This document shows positions 8,955-18,389 of a stretch of 64,000 nt of DNA, one piece after another. Below the pieces are notes generated by a model. That model searched no databases. It saw nothing but the letters and a program-made list of their open reading frames with translations, and had not been told where the DNA came from. Within the stretch, counting starts at the first letter, position 1, and every line of letters begins with the position of its first letter. Both the position numbers and the translations under genes were made by a program. This stretch comes from a virus: positions 2,820-66,819 of IMG/VR virus record IMGVR_UViG_3300029911_000024. One strand, written 5' to 3'.

Positions 8955-9839
8955 ATGGCCGAGGAAAGCGCGATCACATGGACCGACAGCACCTATAATC
9001 CGTGGATCGGATGCACAAAGGTCGGCCCTGGCTGCGACTTCTGCTATGCCGAGCGCGACAACGACCGCCGCAAATGGGTTGAAGCCTGGGGCGACGGCAT
9101 CCCGCGCAAGCGCACAAAGACGTTTAAGGATGTGCGCCAGTGGGAAAGGAACCACGAGCACTTTTTCAATCTGCATCATCGCCGTCAGCGGGTGTTTTCG
9201 GCGTCACTGGCAGATATTTTCGACAACGAGGTCGACGAGACGTGGCGCGACGGCACCTATGATGATGGCAATGGCCATATCGCCTTCTGGCCACTGGTGA
9301 AAGAGACGCCGAACCTCGACTGGTACATCGTCACCAAGCGCATCAGCAATGTACCGAAGATGCTTCCGCCAGATTGGTGCCAGACAAATTATGGACACAT
9401 CGTCCTTATCATCACAGTGGTCACACAGAACGAATGGCTACGCGACGGTCCCAGATTAAAAGCGATGAAGTTGCGATTCCCGTGGCTGCGCGTAGGCCTG
9501 TCGATAGAGCCGATGCTCGGGCGCATAGACCTGGGCGGCGACAGTATCCGCTGGCTTGACTGGGTGATCTGCGGAGGTGAAAGCGATGGCGGCACTGGAA
9601 CGGCCAGACCTATGGCGACGCAATGGGTCCGGGCCCTTCGCGATCAGTGCGTCGCCTCTGGCGTCCCATTTCATTTCAAGCAGTGGGGCGAGTGGATACC
9701 GACAGATCAGGTTTCCATTTTTGAAACACCGCGCGAAAGCTTCACGGTTTTTCCAAATGGCATCCACGCCGAACGAGCCGAAAAGAAAGCTGCCGGGCGA
9801 AAGGTGGACGGCGTCGAGCACAATGGATTCCCAGCATGA
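8955..9839 (+). CDS. Gp37/Gp68 (DUF5131) family protein
   Basis: ITWTDSTYNPWIGCTKVGPGCDFCYA, VFSASLADIF, LSIEPML, WVICGGES, FHFKQWG. Confidence 0.9.
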   Translation: MAEESAITWTDSTYNPWIGCTKVGPGCDFCYAERDNDRRKWVEAWGDGIPRKRTKTFKDVRQWERNHEHFFNLHHRRQRVFSASLADIFDNEVDETWRDGTYDDGNGHIAFWPLVKETPNLDWYIVTKRISNVPKMLPPDWCQTNYGHIVLIITVVTQNEWLRDGPRLKAMKLRFPWLRVGLSIEPMLGRIDLGGDSIRWLDWVICGGESDGGTGTARPMATQWVRALRDQCVASGVPFHFKQWGEWIPTDQVSIFETPRESFTVFPNGIHAERAEKKAAGRKVDGVEHNGFPA

Positions 9840-10078
9840 CAAAGCAGCTTTACGACTTCGAGAACGCCGTCCTGAAAGAGATCAACAGGCGGCCGCTCTC
9901 CATCCTCCATGTCGATCCCAATGTGATGGCTGCGCTTCTGGCCTGCGAGTTCGTCGTGAAGCGTCACATAGACGGCAGCCCGGCCGTCCACAGCACGCCA
10001 GCCAAAAAGGTCATGCTGCGGATCACCGATGCCGGAAAGGCGCATCTTGAGGCGCTGAAAAATGAAGCCCCGCGCTAA
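9836..10078 (+). CDS. Small wHTH-like hypothetical protein
   Basis: LRITDAGKAHL winged-helix-like end; ATGA overlap. Confidence 0.55.
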   Translation: MTKQLYDFENAVLKEINRRPLSILHVDPNVMAALLACEFVVKRHIDGSPAVHSTPAKKVMLRITDAGKAHLEALKNEAPR

Positions 10079-10280
10079 CTGGACAATCGGTGAAGGCGAG
10101 GCCAACGCGATCCGCAGCGATGGCGTGTTCGCAGGATTTTTGTTCCCAGAGCACCCGAAGCCATATGCCGTCCACCGCAAGGATGGAGGCTGGCTGCGGA
10201 AGTGGGCCGTCGATCAGCCCAGGCTCTACAAGACCCTGGAACTGGCGATGATCGCCGCTGATGAAAACTGGCCGCTGTAA
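10062..10280 (+). CDS. Hypothetical protein
   Basis: Last ORF of the plus-strand operon. Confidence 0.5.
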   Translation: MKPRANWTIGEGEANAIRSDGVFAGFLFPEHPKPYAVHRKDGGWLRKWAVDQPRLYKTLELAMIAADENWPL

Positions 10281-10296
10281 ATTATTTTCAGGTTCT

Positions 10297-10728
10297 TTAT
10301 GTCGGCGGCGAGATCAGCAATTCATCGCACGTCATTACGGCGGGCCATGAATGTGTCAGGCTGTAATAGGTGCCTTCATCCGCCGATAGCTGGCGCGACC
10401 ACGAGTCGAGCGCGAGTTGGTTTTTCTGCTGCTGGGCGACGCAAACCTTTGTCTTGGCGTCGCGGACCTCGCGCATCACTTGGCTGACTTGGATTTGCGT
10501 GAGAGTGGCCTGCTGCTGGGACACGTCGGCCGCCATGGCAAATCCGCCAAGACCCATCCACGTCAGAAATCCACACGCTTGGGCTACATGCCACGTCATT
10601 ACACAGCCCTCCACAACGACAGCGACAGCGATGGCGAGCGCCCAGCGTTCCCAGGCATTTTTGGGACGGAAGCTAGGCGGGACAAGCTCTGACGCCGCAT
10701 CACGAATAAACTCCGCATCGACCGCCAT
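10297..10728 (-). CDS. Membrane protein at the end of the lysis cassette
   Basis: One or two hydrophobic segments followed by a Gln-rich coiled coil. Confidence 0.6.
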   Translation of the reverse strand: MAVDAEFIRDAASELVPPSFRPKNAWERWALAIAVAVVVEGCVMTWHVAQACGFLTWMGLGGFAMAADVSQQQATLTQIQVSQVMREVRDAKTKVCVAQQQKNQLALDSWSRQLSADEGTYYSLTHSWPAVMTCDELLISPPT

Positions 10729-10824
10729 GGTTTCCGCCCAGCCCGATTTAATCAACCCCGGCTAAATATCTGGCGGAAAACTGCGCTGCACACAAGACCT
10801 TGTGTTGACCAGAATCGTACCGAA

Positions 10825-11382
10825 TTAGTGCGGCGTCGGCGCGGCCTGCTGCACGATGGCGGCGTTCGCCGTCACCGCACCGATCAAGTCGTTCAATTGC
10901 TGGGAGTTTTGACGGCCGGTTCCGTAGTCATCGGCGACGTCGGCTGCAAGCGAACGCCATGGAACGGGCGCGCAGGCGTCATCAGATTGCCCGGCGGGAG
11001 CGGGTTGATTGGCGGTATCGGTGCCAAGGGCTGCGTCGTTGAGCACGCGCACAAGGCCATAAGGGACGCAAGCGCGAATATCCGGTACATGGGTTTCGAC
11101 CTCTCTCACAACGGTTTTGACCTGGGTGACGATCTGCTGTTGGGCGTTTGCCTCGGCCACGGCGCGCGCCTCATTTCCTGATTCGATCTTCTGCTGCTGG
11201 ACGAGCGCTGCGGCCGTTGCAACCTGGGCGGCGGTAGCGTCCTGCGCCTTCATCTGCTGGATCGTGGCTTCGTCCATGCGGTGGACGACGTAGCCGGTTC
11301 CTGTGCCAGCGGCCAGGGCGATCAGCAGGCCGCCGATCAGATAGCCCTGCCAGCCGCCAAGAAAGGAAAGGATGCTGCCCAT
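10825..11382 (-). CDS. Rz-like inner-membrane spanin
   Basis: N-terminal TM helix, coiled coil, Cys pair; downstream of endolysin and holin; GGAG RBS. Confidence 0.8.
   Translation of the reverse strand: MGSILSFLGGWQGYLIGGLLIALAAGTGTGYVVHRMDEATIQQMKAQDATAAQVATAAALVQQQKIESGNEARAVAEANAQQQIVTQVKTVVREVETHVPDIRACVPYGLVRVLNDAALGTDTANQPAPAGQSDDACAPVPWRSLAADVADDYGTGRQNSQQLNDLIGAVTANAAIVQQAAPTPH
10893..11090 (-). CDS. Rz1-like outer-membrane lipoprotein spanin embedded in Rz
   Basis: Signal peptide with lipobox (MALCAC-S), Pro-rich mature part, fully nested in an alternative frame of Rz. Confidence 0.8.
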   Translation of the reverse strand: MYRIFALASLMALCACSTTQPLAPIPPINPLPPGNLMTPARPFHGVRLQPTSPMTTEPAVKTPSN

Positions 11383-11391
11383 GGTGATCTC

Positions 11392-11637
11392 CTATGCTGC
11401 GTCAGAGCCCAGCTTGGTTTTGATGCCGATGGCCGCGCCGGTCGATGCGATCAGGGCAGATGCGCCAGCGCCATAGCTAATAGGATCGAAATTGCCGTGC
11501 TTGACTAGCTGGGTGATGACGGCGGAATGGAAAACAGTGACCATGCTGGCTGAGATAATTCTGACAGGACAGTAGACGGTGCCGGAAGAATTTTCCGTCA
11601 TCACATCGCGCCAGAATTTTCCCAGCCCCGCCAGCAT
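11392..11637 (-). CDS. Putative holin
   Basis: 81 aa, two hydrophobic segments, between endolysin and spanin. Confidence 0.6.
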   Translation of the reverse strand: MLAGLGKFWRDVMTENSSGTVYCPVRIISASMVTVFHSAVITQLVKHGNFDPISYGAGASALIASTGAAIGIKTKLGSDAA

Positions 11638-11640
11638 GAT

Positions 11641-11781
11641 TTAGAACGGGATGTGGAAGTGACCGGCGCACCACAGCAGGCCGCCGACGATGGTGAGGCT
11701 GATGGTCTGATGGGTGGCGACCCAGGCGCGCACTGCGTTCCAGTCGGCCTTGATCTTGTCCTCTGTGCTCTGAATCGACAT
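11641..11781 (-). CDS. Small single-TM protein (holin/antiholin candidate)
   Basis: My translation MSIQSTEDKIKADWNAVRAWVATHQTISLTIVGGLLWCAGHFHIPF; GGAG RBS. Confidence 0.6.
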   Translation of the reverse strand: MSIQSTEDKIKADWNAVRAWVATHQTISLTIVGGLLWCAGHFHIPF

Positions 11782-11790
11782 GGCGATCTC

Positions 11791-12420
11791 CTATGTGAAA
11801 ATTGTCTTGGCGCGAGTGGTCAGGACTTTGCGGTCAGCAAGGCCGTTCTCGCCCCCGTTGATCTTGAGTGTGACCCCAGCCACATCATCGCGATCTGCCG
11901 CCTCGTCGCAATCCCGCTCGGTCCAGAACGATATGGCGAGTCGTACCGCGTTGTCAGCCACGGCGGCAAGGTCCGGTGTGTTGAAAATGTCGATGCCGGT
12001 GCGTGTCGCAAAATGGCTGTAATTCCACCGGCCGGTGATCTGGATAAGACCGCGCCCACGATAGGCCCAGCCGTTTCCGTTGCCTTCCGCGCCGTTGCCC
12101 AGCGGATCGTGGGTCTCGCCCTTATCGTCGACATATGAGGCATAGGCGGCATTTGCCAGTGCCTCGGGATTGTGGGCCAAAGCATTGGCGCGCGGCGAGA
12201 GCCTGGGCCAGCGGTCGGCGATGATGTCCGGCCGGTAATTCAGGTTCTCGATGAACCTGCGATAAAACTCACTTTCAAAACAGGTCTGGGCGAGGAAATG
12301 CCACGCCCGCAACGGTGTCCAGTCAGCAAGCTGGGCCTGCAATGGGCCAGCCAGAGCCGTCGTGGTGGTGCGGTCATCGGTCAGCGCCAGCGCATGCAGG
12401 CGGTCATAGGTGATTTCCAT
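11791..12420 (-). CDS. Endolysin, glycoside hydrolase family 19
   Basis: HFLAQTCFES...ENLNY, YRGRGLIQITGRWNY, INGGENGLADR. Confidence 0.92.
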   Translation of the reverse strand: MEITYDRLHALALTDDRTTTTALAGPLQAQLADWTPLRAWHFLAQTCFESEFYRRFIENLNYRPDIIADRWPRLSPRANALAHNPEALANAAYASYVDDKGETHDPLGNGAEGNGNGWAYRGRGLIQITGRWNYSHFATRTGIDIFNTPDLAAVADNAVRLAISFWTERDCDEAADRDDVAGVTLKINGGENGLADRKVLTTRAKTIFT

Positions 12421-12421
12421 T

Positions 12422-12835
12422 TTATCCCCAGCAGATTGCAGCGACCCCAGCCGCATCAGTGGCCGAGTCCACGGCCCCGCGCAAGTTTTCCAGCTTCGCC
12501 AGGGCGGCAGCACGGAAGGCGTGCCAGTCTGTGATTGCCGGGTCCATCAGCGAAGCATGGATGACGCCGCGACATTCCTGCTCCAACTCCAGCAGCTTAC
12601 ACGCCTTGCGCTCGGATATGTCCACCGGCCGCACCATCAGTCTTTTTGTGGCCGGGTGGATCGCATGCTTGTTCGGGTGCGGCGCGTGGTGTTGGCCCGT
12701 GATCTCGACCCAATCGTGCCCAGGAAATGCATTGTGCTGTTCGTGCATGTGCTGGCGCGCACAGCCGACGATCTGCTTGATCTTGCCGGTTGCAGGATCG
12801 AAAACAGCGACTTGCACCATATCGTTGTCGTCCAT
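12422..12835 (-). CDS. Tail fibre assembly chaperone-like protein
   Basis: Directly after the central fibre gene; C-terminal VAAICW pattern. Confidence 0.55.
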   Translation of the reverse strand: MDDNDMVQVAVFDPATGKIKQIVGCARQHMHEQHNAFPGHDWVEITGQHHAPHPNKHAIHPATKRLMVRPVDISERKACKLLELEQECRGVIHASLMDPAITDWHAFRAAALAKLENLRGAVDSATDAAGVAAICWG

Positions 12836-12838
12836 GGC

Positions 12839-15800
12839 CTATCTCTTGAGTTCGGTGGCGGTCAGAACCGATCCGTTGGAATTGACGCTGGAGCCGGTGA
12901 GGAATTTCGCTTGCAAGGCATAGGTGTGAGACCCAGCGGATGCTCCGGTATCGAGGCTGCCGCCCGCCACGAGGATATTATTCGGGCACGTTCCTCCTCC
13001 GGCTTGGATCGGAGCAATTGGCGTGCCGTCTCTCGTGATCTCGTAATAGACCGTCGGGCCAGAACTAGACCACGTCACATAGTCGCTCATCGCAAGCTGG
13101 ACATTTCCGCCGCTTGTGGCGAACGTCACTGAGCACAGAACGGCGAAAGTACCGGTGAGACCGGTAGTGCCAGAGGTCGCGACATTGGGCACCGTCACGC
13201 CATTGGCGACGATGTGGCCCGTCACGATGATGTTGTTGACGATAAGGTTTCCGGCATTGATCGCGCCGACGGCGATGGCACCGGCGACGATGGCATTCGA
13301 CGCGATGTTTGTGCTCGTCAGCGTCGAGGCGGCGATGTTGGTGCCGAGAATCGTGCCCGCCGCGATCAGCGTGCCGGTGATAGTGGCGCTGGCGATGTTA
13401 GCCGCCACGATGGTGCCAGCCGCGATGCTCGCGGAGACCACCGCGCCGGATGAAATCAAAGGTGTCGTGATCGCGTTGTTGGTGATCTGGGTGGTGGTGA
13501 TCTGCCCGGTAAGCTGGGCAGCGGTGATGCTGGCGATCTGGCTTGCTGTAAGCTGGCCGGTGATATTTACCGCCGGGACAGACAAGTCCCATGCCGTTCC
13601 GTTCCAGCGGTACAGCACGCCGGTCGTGGTGAGCACCGCGATCTGGCCGATATAGAGGCCGGTGCCGGGCAGCGACGAGTATTCATAGACGGGCGCGATC
13701 CCCGCCGCGAAGGCTCCGGCGTCCAGCGTGCCTGGGGCGATGTCGCCGCCGCTGATGTCGCCCGTGATCGTCGACTGGGTGAAAGCAGCCGTAGCGGAAT
13801 AGACCCCGCTGCGGTTCACCGCTTTGGCACCAAACCACCACGTCCCAGCCGGGATTTGATTGGTCGTCAGCGTGCCAGAAATTCCACCAGCACTGTTCGG
13901 TGTCGCCGCCGCCTGCCCGATGACCGTGACGCCAGATGTCCAGCTTTCGCTGGCGCTATAGCGATATTCAAAGACCGAGACGTCGGTGTCGGTGATCGGC
14001 GATCCCTGGAGCGTGACAGTCAGGCCGTTTTCTGAGACAGCAAGCGATGCGATATTGCTGGGCGCGGCGGTCTTGCCCTGCACCGTGTAACCGGTGATTT
14101 CGCACTGCCATGGATATGTCCCAGTGACGTCGCTGACGCCGCCGATAGCATTGCGAGAGCGGATCGCGATGTCATAGGAAGCGCCGATAGCCGCATTTTC
14201 GATATAGCCGAAGGTCTGATCGCCGGAGACAGTCGGCGCGTTCTGCCAGTTTCCAGAACCGCTGACCTGATAGGTGATGTCGATGAAGCCACCATCGAGG
14301 ACAAACTGATCGACGGGTGGTGTCCACGACACCTCGATGCGGGACACCAGCGTGCCGTCCGCCTGCTGGACGATCAGCGTGCCGCCAGATTGGAGCGTCA
14401 GATTTGACGGCGGCCCCACCACGAACGGATTGGGAAACTGGGTGTTGTTCTGTCGCTTTGCCGCTGCCTCCTCGGCCGCCGTATAGGCATAGATCGCCGG
14501 ATCGGTCTGGCGCGCGGTGATGTCGACATCGAGAGTCTGCTGCTGCGCCGTGGTGGCGATGCTGAATTGCCAGGACTGGACCTCAAAGGTCTCGCCCACC
14601 CAGCCCCACATCGCATTGTTGACCAAGATGGTATCCGGCGAGCCGACCTGAAATGCGGTCAGCTTGAGCGCCATGGATACGGTGAGTTCGCGGCGGATGC
14701 GCTCAAGATTGATCTTGGCGAGGCGCTGCGCCATCGAGGACGAGATCGTGAATGGGAGCGCCAGATCGCGCCATACGACCTCGTTTTGATCTTGCTCGAT
14801 GTATGTGAGGTTCTGAAGCTGCGGATAGTCGGTCGGCTGGCCACGGTTGAAGGGATCGACAAAGGTTCCCTTGACCGAGTTGAAAGAGGCGTCACCGCTT
14901 TGCAGCGCGATCACTTTGATCGGCCCGCGCAGATCGCCCTCGTCGAGCGTCACCGTCGGCGTGAGATATTGCGCAGGATAGACATTCAGGAAGATACCGC
15001 TCGGGACAAGATAGCCCGCCATGGCGGTGAGCATCTTCTGGATGACGGACTGGCGCGCTTCCGAGGTGTCGACTATCCCGTTGATAGTGTAGCGCGTCTC
15101 TGCCGCGACCGCGACGTAACTGTTGCCGCTGCCATTATTGGAGAAGGCGACGGGGATATGAGCACGCGCATTTTCCAGCGATGACGCGACCTGAATTACT
15201 GTGTCCGAAATAAAGATGGCGTAATAGGTGAAGCCAGCAGACAGGCCGGTTGGGAGCGCGCCGCCACTATTGGAAAGCGTCACCTCGGTGCCGGTCGTGA
15301 TGCGCAGCGCGTTGTTGTAGACGTTCAATTGGTTGGTGGTGTGGTCAGGCGTCAGCCCTTCCACAATCGTCATTGTTAGGACGCCAGTTCCGGTGCTGGA
15401 GATCGTGATGCAGCGTGGCGGCTGGGCGGCAGCGTCAACCGATGACAGCGACAGGCCACCGGTTGGGCCGCCACCGATCTGCGCCCAGAAATACGGGAAG
15501 TTTGCTGTCATCCCGGCTGGCATCGTGCCGGTTGTCGTGAACATCAACTGGCAAAGATTGGGCACCGACCCAGCCGCCAGATTTTCCACATAGGTGATCT
15601 GGCTGTCAGCCGGGTTCACCGTGCATGTGGTGCTTGGAATGACGCGCGGACAGATTTCGTCGCACAGGTTCGCGTTGGCGATCAGAAGGCCAGTGTTGAC
15701 CTCGGTGTCATAGACGACTCCCATGCCATGAACCGGCTCGACCAGATAATCATTGAGCAGCAGCGCGGCATTGTCTGACCAGATCATCTGGGTGACGGTG

Positions 15801-16711
15801 CCCCCGGAGCCGCCAGTAGCCAGCGTCAGAATGTTGTGGCCGATGTCGTAAAGCTGGAAGGTGTAGGCGTCGATGATATTGGCGACCTCATATTCCTGCG
15901 CGATTTTTTTCTGCTGCGCATTTGGCCAATAGGGCTGCGGATTGGCGGGCACCGCACCGGAATGGTTGCAGATGAACACCATGTTTCCAGCGCCGAGCCC
16001 GTGCGGCGTCGCGGTGACGAAATAGCCGTTTGTCGCACTGCTGGTGATGTTGATCGCAGTATTGCGCGGGTCCAGAACCATGCGGCCGCTGACGACGCAG
16101 GCGATATTCGGCACCCCAGTCGAGCCGAAAAGATTGTCGTTCCAGCCCAAGCGGACATAGATTTTGCCACGGCTGTACTGGAAGAAATTGTCTCCCCACT
16201 TTGGGCTCTGCGCCTGGAGGGCGGCGATCAGGCCAGCATCGCCTGCCACCGTACCGAGCCCCATATAGGCTTGCAGATAGTTGGTGTAATTGGTGGGCGC
16301 GGTGCCATCCGGCCAGTCGATTGGTTTTTCAGCCCAGCCCGCCGATGTCAGGGGAACATAGGTGTCATTGACGTATAGGGCGTCGATGGACTGGATAGGA
16401 TGCCCAGCCAGCGTGATGACGAGAAAAAGGGACTTGTTGTCGCTCGTGGTGTCCACGAACGTCATCGCGCCGCCGGTCTTCATCTGGCCATAGATCAACT
16501 TGTGCGGTGTGATCGGATCGCGCACCGTGAAGGTGCGTTTCTGGGCGGTGGCGAGCAGCCAGTTGCCCAGCGCCATGATACCCGTGGCGGCCAAGCTGCC
16601 GACGGCGGCGGCGGCGGGCAAGCCGATGAATGGCGTCAGAACAGCGGTGACGACAACGTCAACAACGACCGCAGCAACGGTTACGGCAATTTGCTCTACC
16701 GCCCTGCTCAT
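12839..16711 (-). CDS. Tail tip/central fibre protein (lambda J-like host specificity protein)
   Basis: 1290 aa; IYGQMKTGG, FNSVKGTF, QRLAKINLER, FN3-like domains, C-terminal IT/IA pentapeptide repeats. Confidence 0.88.
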   Translation of the reverse strand: MSRAVEQIAVTVAAVVVDVVVTAVLTPFIGLPAAAAVGSLAATGIMALGNWLLATAQKRTFTVRDPITPHKLIYGQMKTGGAMTFVDTTSDNKSLFLVITLAGHPIQSIDALYVNDTYVPLTSAGWAEKPIDWPDGTAPTNYTNYLQAYMGLGTVAGDAGLIAALQAQSPKWGDNFFQYSRGKIYVRLGWNDNLFGSTGVPNIACVVSGRMVLDPRNTAINITSSATNGYFVTATPHGLGAGNMVFICNHSGAVPANPQPYWPNAQQKKIAQEYEVANIIDAYTFQLYDIGHNILTLATGGSGGTVTQMIWSDNAALLLNDYLVEPVHGMGVVYDTEVNTGLLIANANLCDEICPRVIPSTTCTVNPADSQITYVENLAAGSVPNLCQLMFTTTGTMPAGMTANFPYFWAQIGGGPTGGLSLSSVDAAAQPPRCITISSTGTGVLTMTIVEGLTPDHTTNQLNVYNNALRITTGTEVTLSNSGGALPTGLSAGFTYYAIFISDTVIQVASSLENARAHIPVAFSNNGSGNSYVAVAAETRYTINGIVDTSEARQSVIQKMLTAMAGYLVPSGIFLNVYPAQYLTPTVTLDEGDLRGPIKVIALQSGDASFNSVKGTFVDPFNRGQPTDYPQLQNLTYIEQDQNEVVWRDLALPFTISSSMAQRLAKINLERIRRELTVSMALKLTAFQVGSPDTILVNNAMWGWVGETFEVQSWQFSIATTAQQQTLDVDITARQTDPAIYAYTAAEEAAAKRQNNTQFPNPFVVGPPSNLTLQSGGTLIVQQADGTLVSRIEVSWTPPVDQFVLDGGFIDITYQVSGSGNWQNAPTVSGDQTFGYIENAAIGASYDIAIRSRNAIGGVSDVTGTYPWQCEITGYTVQGKTAAPSNIASLAVSENGLTVTLQGSPITDTDVSVFEYRYSASESWTSGVTVIGQAAATPNSAGGISGTLTTNQIPAGTWWFGAKAVNRSGVYSATAAFTQSTITGDISGGDIAPGTLDAGAFAAGIAPVYEYSSLPGTGLYIGQIAVLTTTGVLYRWNGTAWDLSVPAVNITGQLTASQIASITAAQLTGQITTTQITNNAITTPLISSGAVVSASIAAGTIVAANIASATITGTLIAAGTILGTNIAASTLTSTNIASNAIVAGAIAVGAINAGNLIVNNIIVTGHIVANGVTVPNVATSGTTGLTGTFAVLCSVTFATSGGNVQLAMSDYVTWSSSGPTVYYEITRDGTPIAPIQAGGGTCPNNILVAGGSLDTGASAGSHTYALQAKFLTGSSVNSNGSVLTATELKR

Positions 16712-16714
16712 AGC

Positions 16715-17200
16715 TTAATCCCGGCCATTCTTGATGCGCCAACCCATCAGGATGTTGGCGTCCGTCCCAGGCGTCTCGATGGTGCTGACGCCCAGAAGAC
16801 CTTTCGCACCGACGAACAGCGAGATCGTTCCGGCGCAGATACCCAGGGTGCCATCAAGGCCGACATCGTTGGCCAGGGCCTCGACATCGGGGTTTCCGAT
16901 CACCACGTCACCGCGCTGAAGGCGAAGCACTGTTTCGACTTTCTGCCAATCCTGATTTGCCGCGACCTTCTCCATGGTGGGGATCAAAAGGCCGCCTGCG
17001 TAAGCCCGGAGCGCCGTGATGGCAGTTGCCGCATCTGTGTATGCGTCTCGGAATGGCGCTGCCGGGTCCACACCGCTCATTGCTTTGATGCAGTCGGCTG
17101 CGAACATGCAGCAATCGAAGCTTCCCCAAGCGAACGGATTGTGCCGGACACTCTGGAGATATTCGGCCATCAGGATGTGCCAGTTTTCCTTTTTCTGCAT
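16715..17200 (-). CDS. NlpC/P60-like tail tip protein
   Basis: PFAWGSFDCCMFAADC...G.DP, QRGDVV; GAGG RBS before ATG 17200. Confidence 0.8.
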   Translation of the reverse strand: MQKKENWHILMAEYLQSVRHNPFAWGSFDCCMFAADCIKAMSGVDPAAPFRDAYTDAATAITALRAYAGGLLIPTMEKVAANQDWQKVETVLRLQRGDVVIGNPDVEALANDVGLDGTLGICAGTISLFVGAKGLLGVSTIETPGTDANILMGWRIKNGRD

Positions 17201-17204
17201 GACC

Positions 17205-17762
17205 TCACCCGTGCCAGTTGATGGTGGCGTCTTGGATCGTGTCGACGAACGAAAAGCCGCCGTCGTTGGGATGCTCAAGGCGCTGGTCGAGATCGGTGTA
17301 GCGGCGCGAGCGCGGATAGCGCATGGCGACGAGGCGGCTTTCCACCGACACCGTAATGGTCGCGGTCTTGCCAGTCTGCTCGATGGTGGCAGTATCCACG
17401 CGGCCATTGAGAAACTGATACGGCGTGTTCACGAGGCTGAAAGTGTCGTCGATGGCACCGAGCCACAGCTTCGCTGGCAGATAGCGTTGCAAATCTTCCA
17501 GGGCCACGGCAATCAGCGCGACGTCGATGCCTGACAGCTTGAGGGTACATCCCGTCGCAAGAACCTTGTTCTGCTCGGTGACTGACCCGATGTCGACGAG
17601 GTTTCCACCGCCGATCCAGACTTGTCCGTTCCACGAGAAGTTGCCATAGCCGTTCCACATATAGACGTTCCCGCCTGCGGTATCGACTTCGCAAAAGATG
17701 ATCGGGCGGCACGACCCGGCCAAGGTCTGCGCGAGCATGCCGGATGTAAGGCTGTGCGCCAT
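17205..17762 (-). CDS. Minor tail/hub protein
   Basis: RRYTDLDQR..HPND.GF.FV...I.W; position between distal tail and NlpC/P60 genes. Confidence 0.75.
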   Translation of the reverse strand: MAHSLTSGMLAQTLAGSCRPIIFCEVDTAGGNVYMWNGYGNFSWNGQVWIGGGNLVDIGSVTEQNKVLATGCTLKLSGIDVALIAVALEDLQRYLPAKLWLGAIDDTFSLVNTPYQFLNGRVDTATIEQTGKTATITVSVESRLVAMRYPRSRRYTDLDQRLEHPNDGGFSFVDTIQDATINWHG

Positions 17763-18389
17763 TTAAAGCGCCTCGGTCACGCTGAATTGAACCGAATATG
17801 TGCTGACCTCGTTGGCATCCCAACCGAACGGCGCATCGAGGCGAAACTGAGTCATGGCGTTCTGGATGATGATCGCCTGTCCCGTCGATGGCGCATACCG
17901 CAAGTTCGGCCAGAAGGTCAGCGTTGCGTTACCGCTGCCGTCCGAATTGGTGTCGAAAAGCAGCTTATGCAACCGGGCATTTGTGCCGGTGCCGATCTGG
18001 AAATAATCGCCTGCCTTCAAAATGCCGGTGATACCAAGAAGCCAGCCGGTCGTCAGGAGCGTGTTGCCAGTCTGGTTTGCTCCGCTGACGATTGGGGTGC
18101 CTCGTCCATCACCGCGCGGCGTCGGCGCATCTGGATCGCCAAGCAGAAACGTGCCCTTGCGGCCGTTTAGCTGTGCCATGGCGGATAGCCACTGCTCGGC
18201 CTGGGCCCGCTTCATCATCGGTAACGTGACCATCGCTTTCCAGCGTTGGCCTTGGTGCTCGTAAGTTTGCTGCTCGAAAGTGAACGGCGACTCTGAGACC
18301 GCGACGGCATCATCCATCGTCCACTTGACGGTTTTGATGCCGGGCGATGTGGGCAGGGAGATCGGATAGTTGGGGATGAAAACGCCCAT
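17763..18389 (-). CDS. Distal tail protein
   Basis: SPFTFEQQ...GQRWKA.VTLP; follows tape measure. Confidence 0.75.
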   Translation of the reverse strand: MGVFIPNYPISLPTSPGIKTVKWTMDDAVAVSESPFTFEQQTYEHQGQRWKAMVTLPMMKRAQAEQWLSAMAQLNGRKGTFLLGDPDAPTPRGDGRGTPIVSGANQTGNTLLTTGWLLGITGILKAGDYFQIGTGTNARLHKLLFDTNSDGSGNATLTFWPNLRYAPSTGQAIIIQNAMTQFRLDAPFGWDANEVSTYSVQFSVTEAL

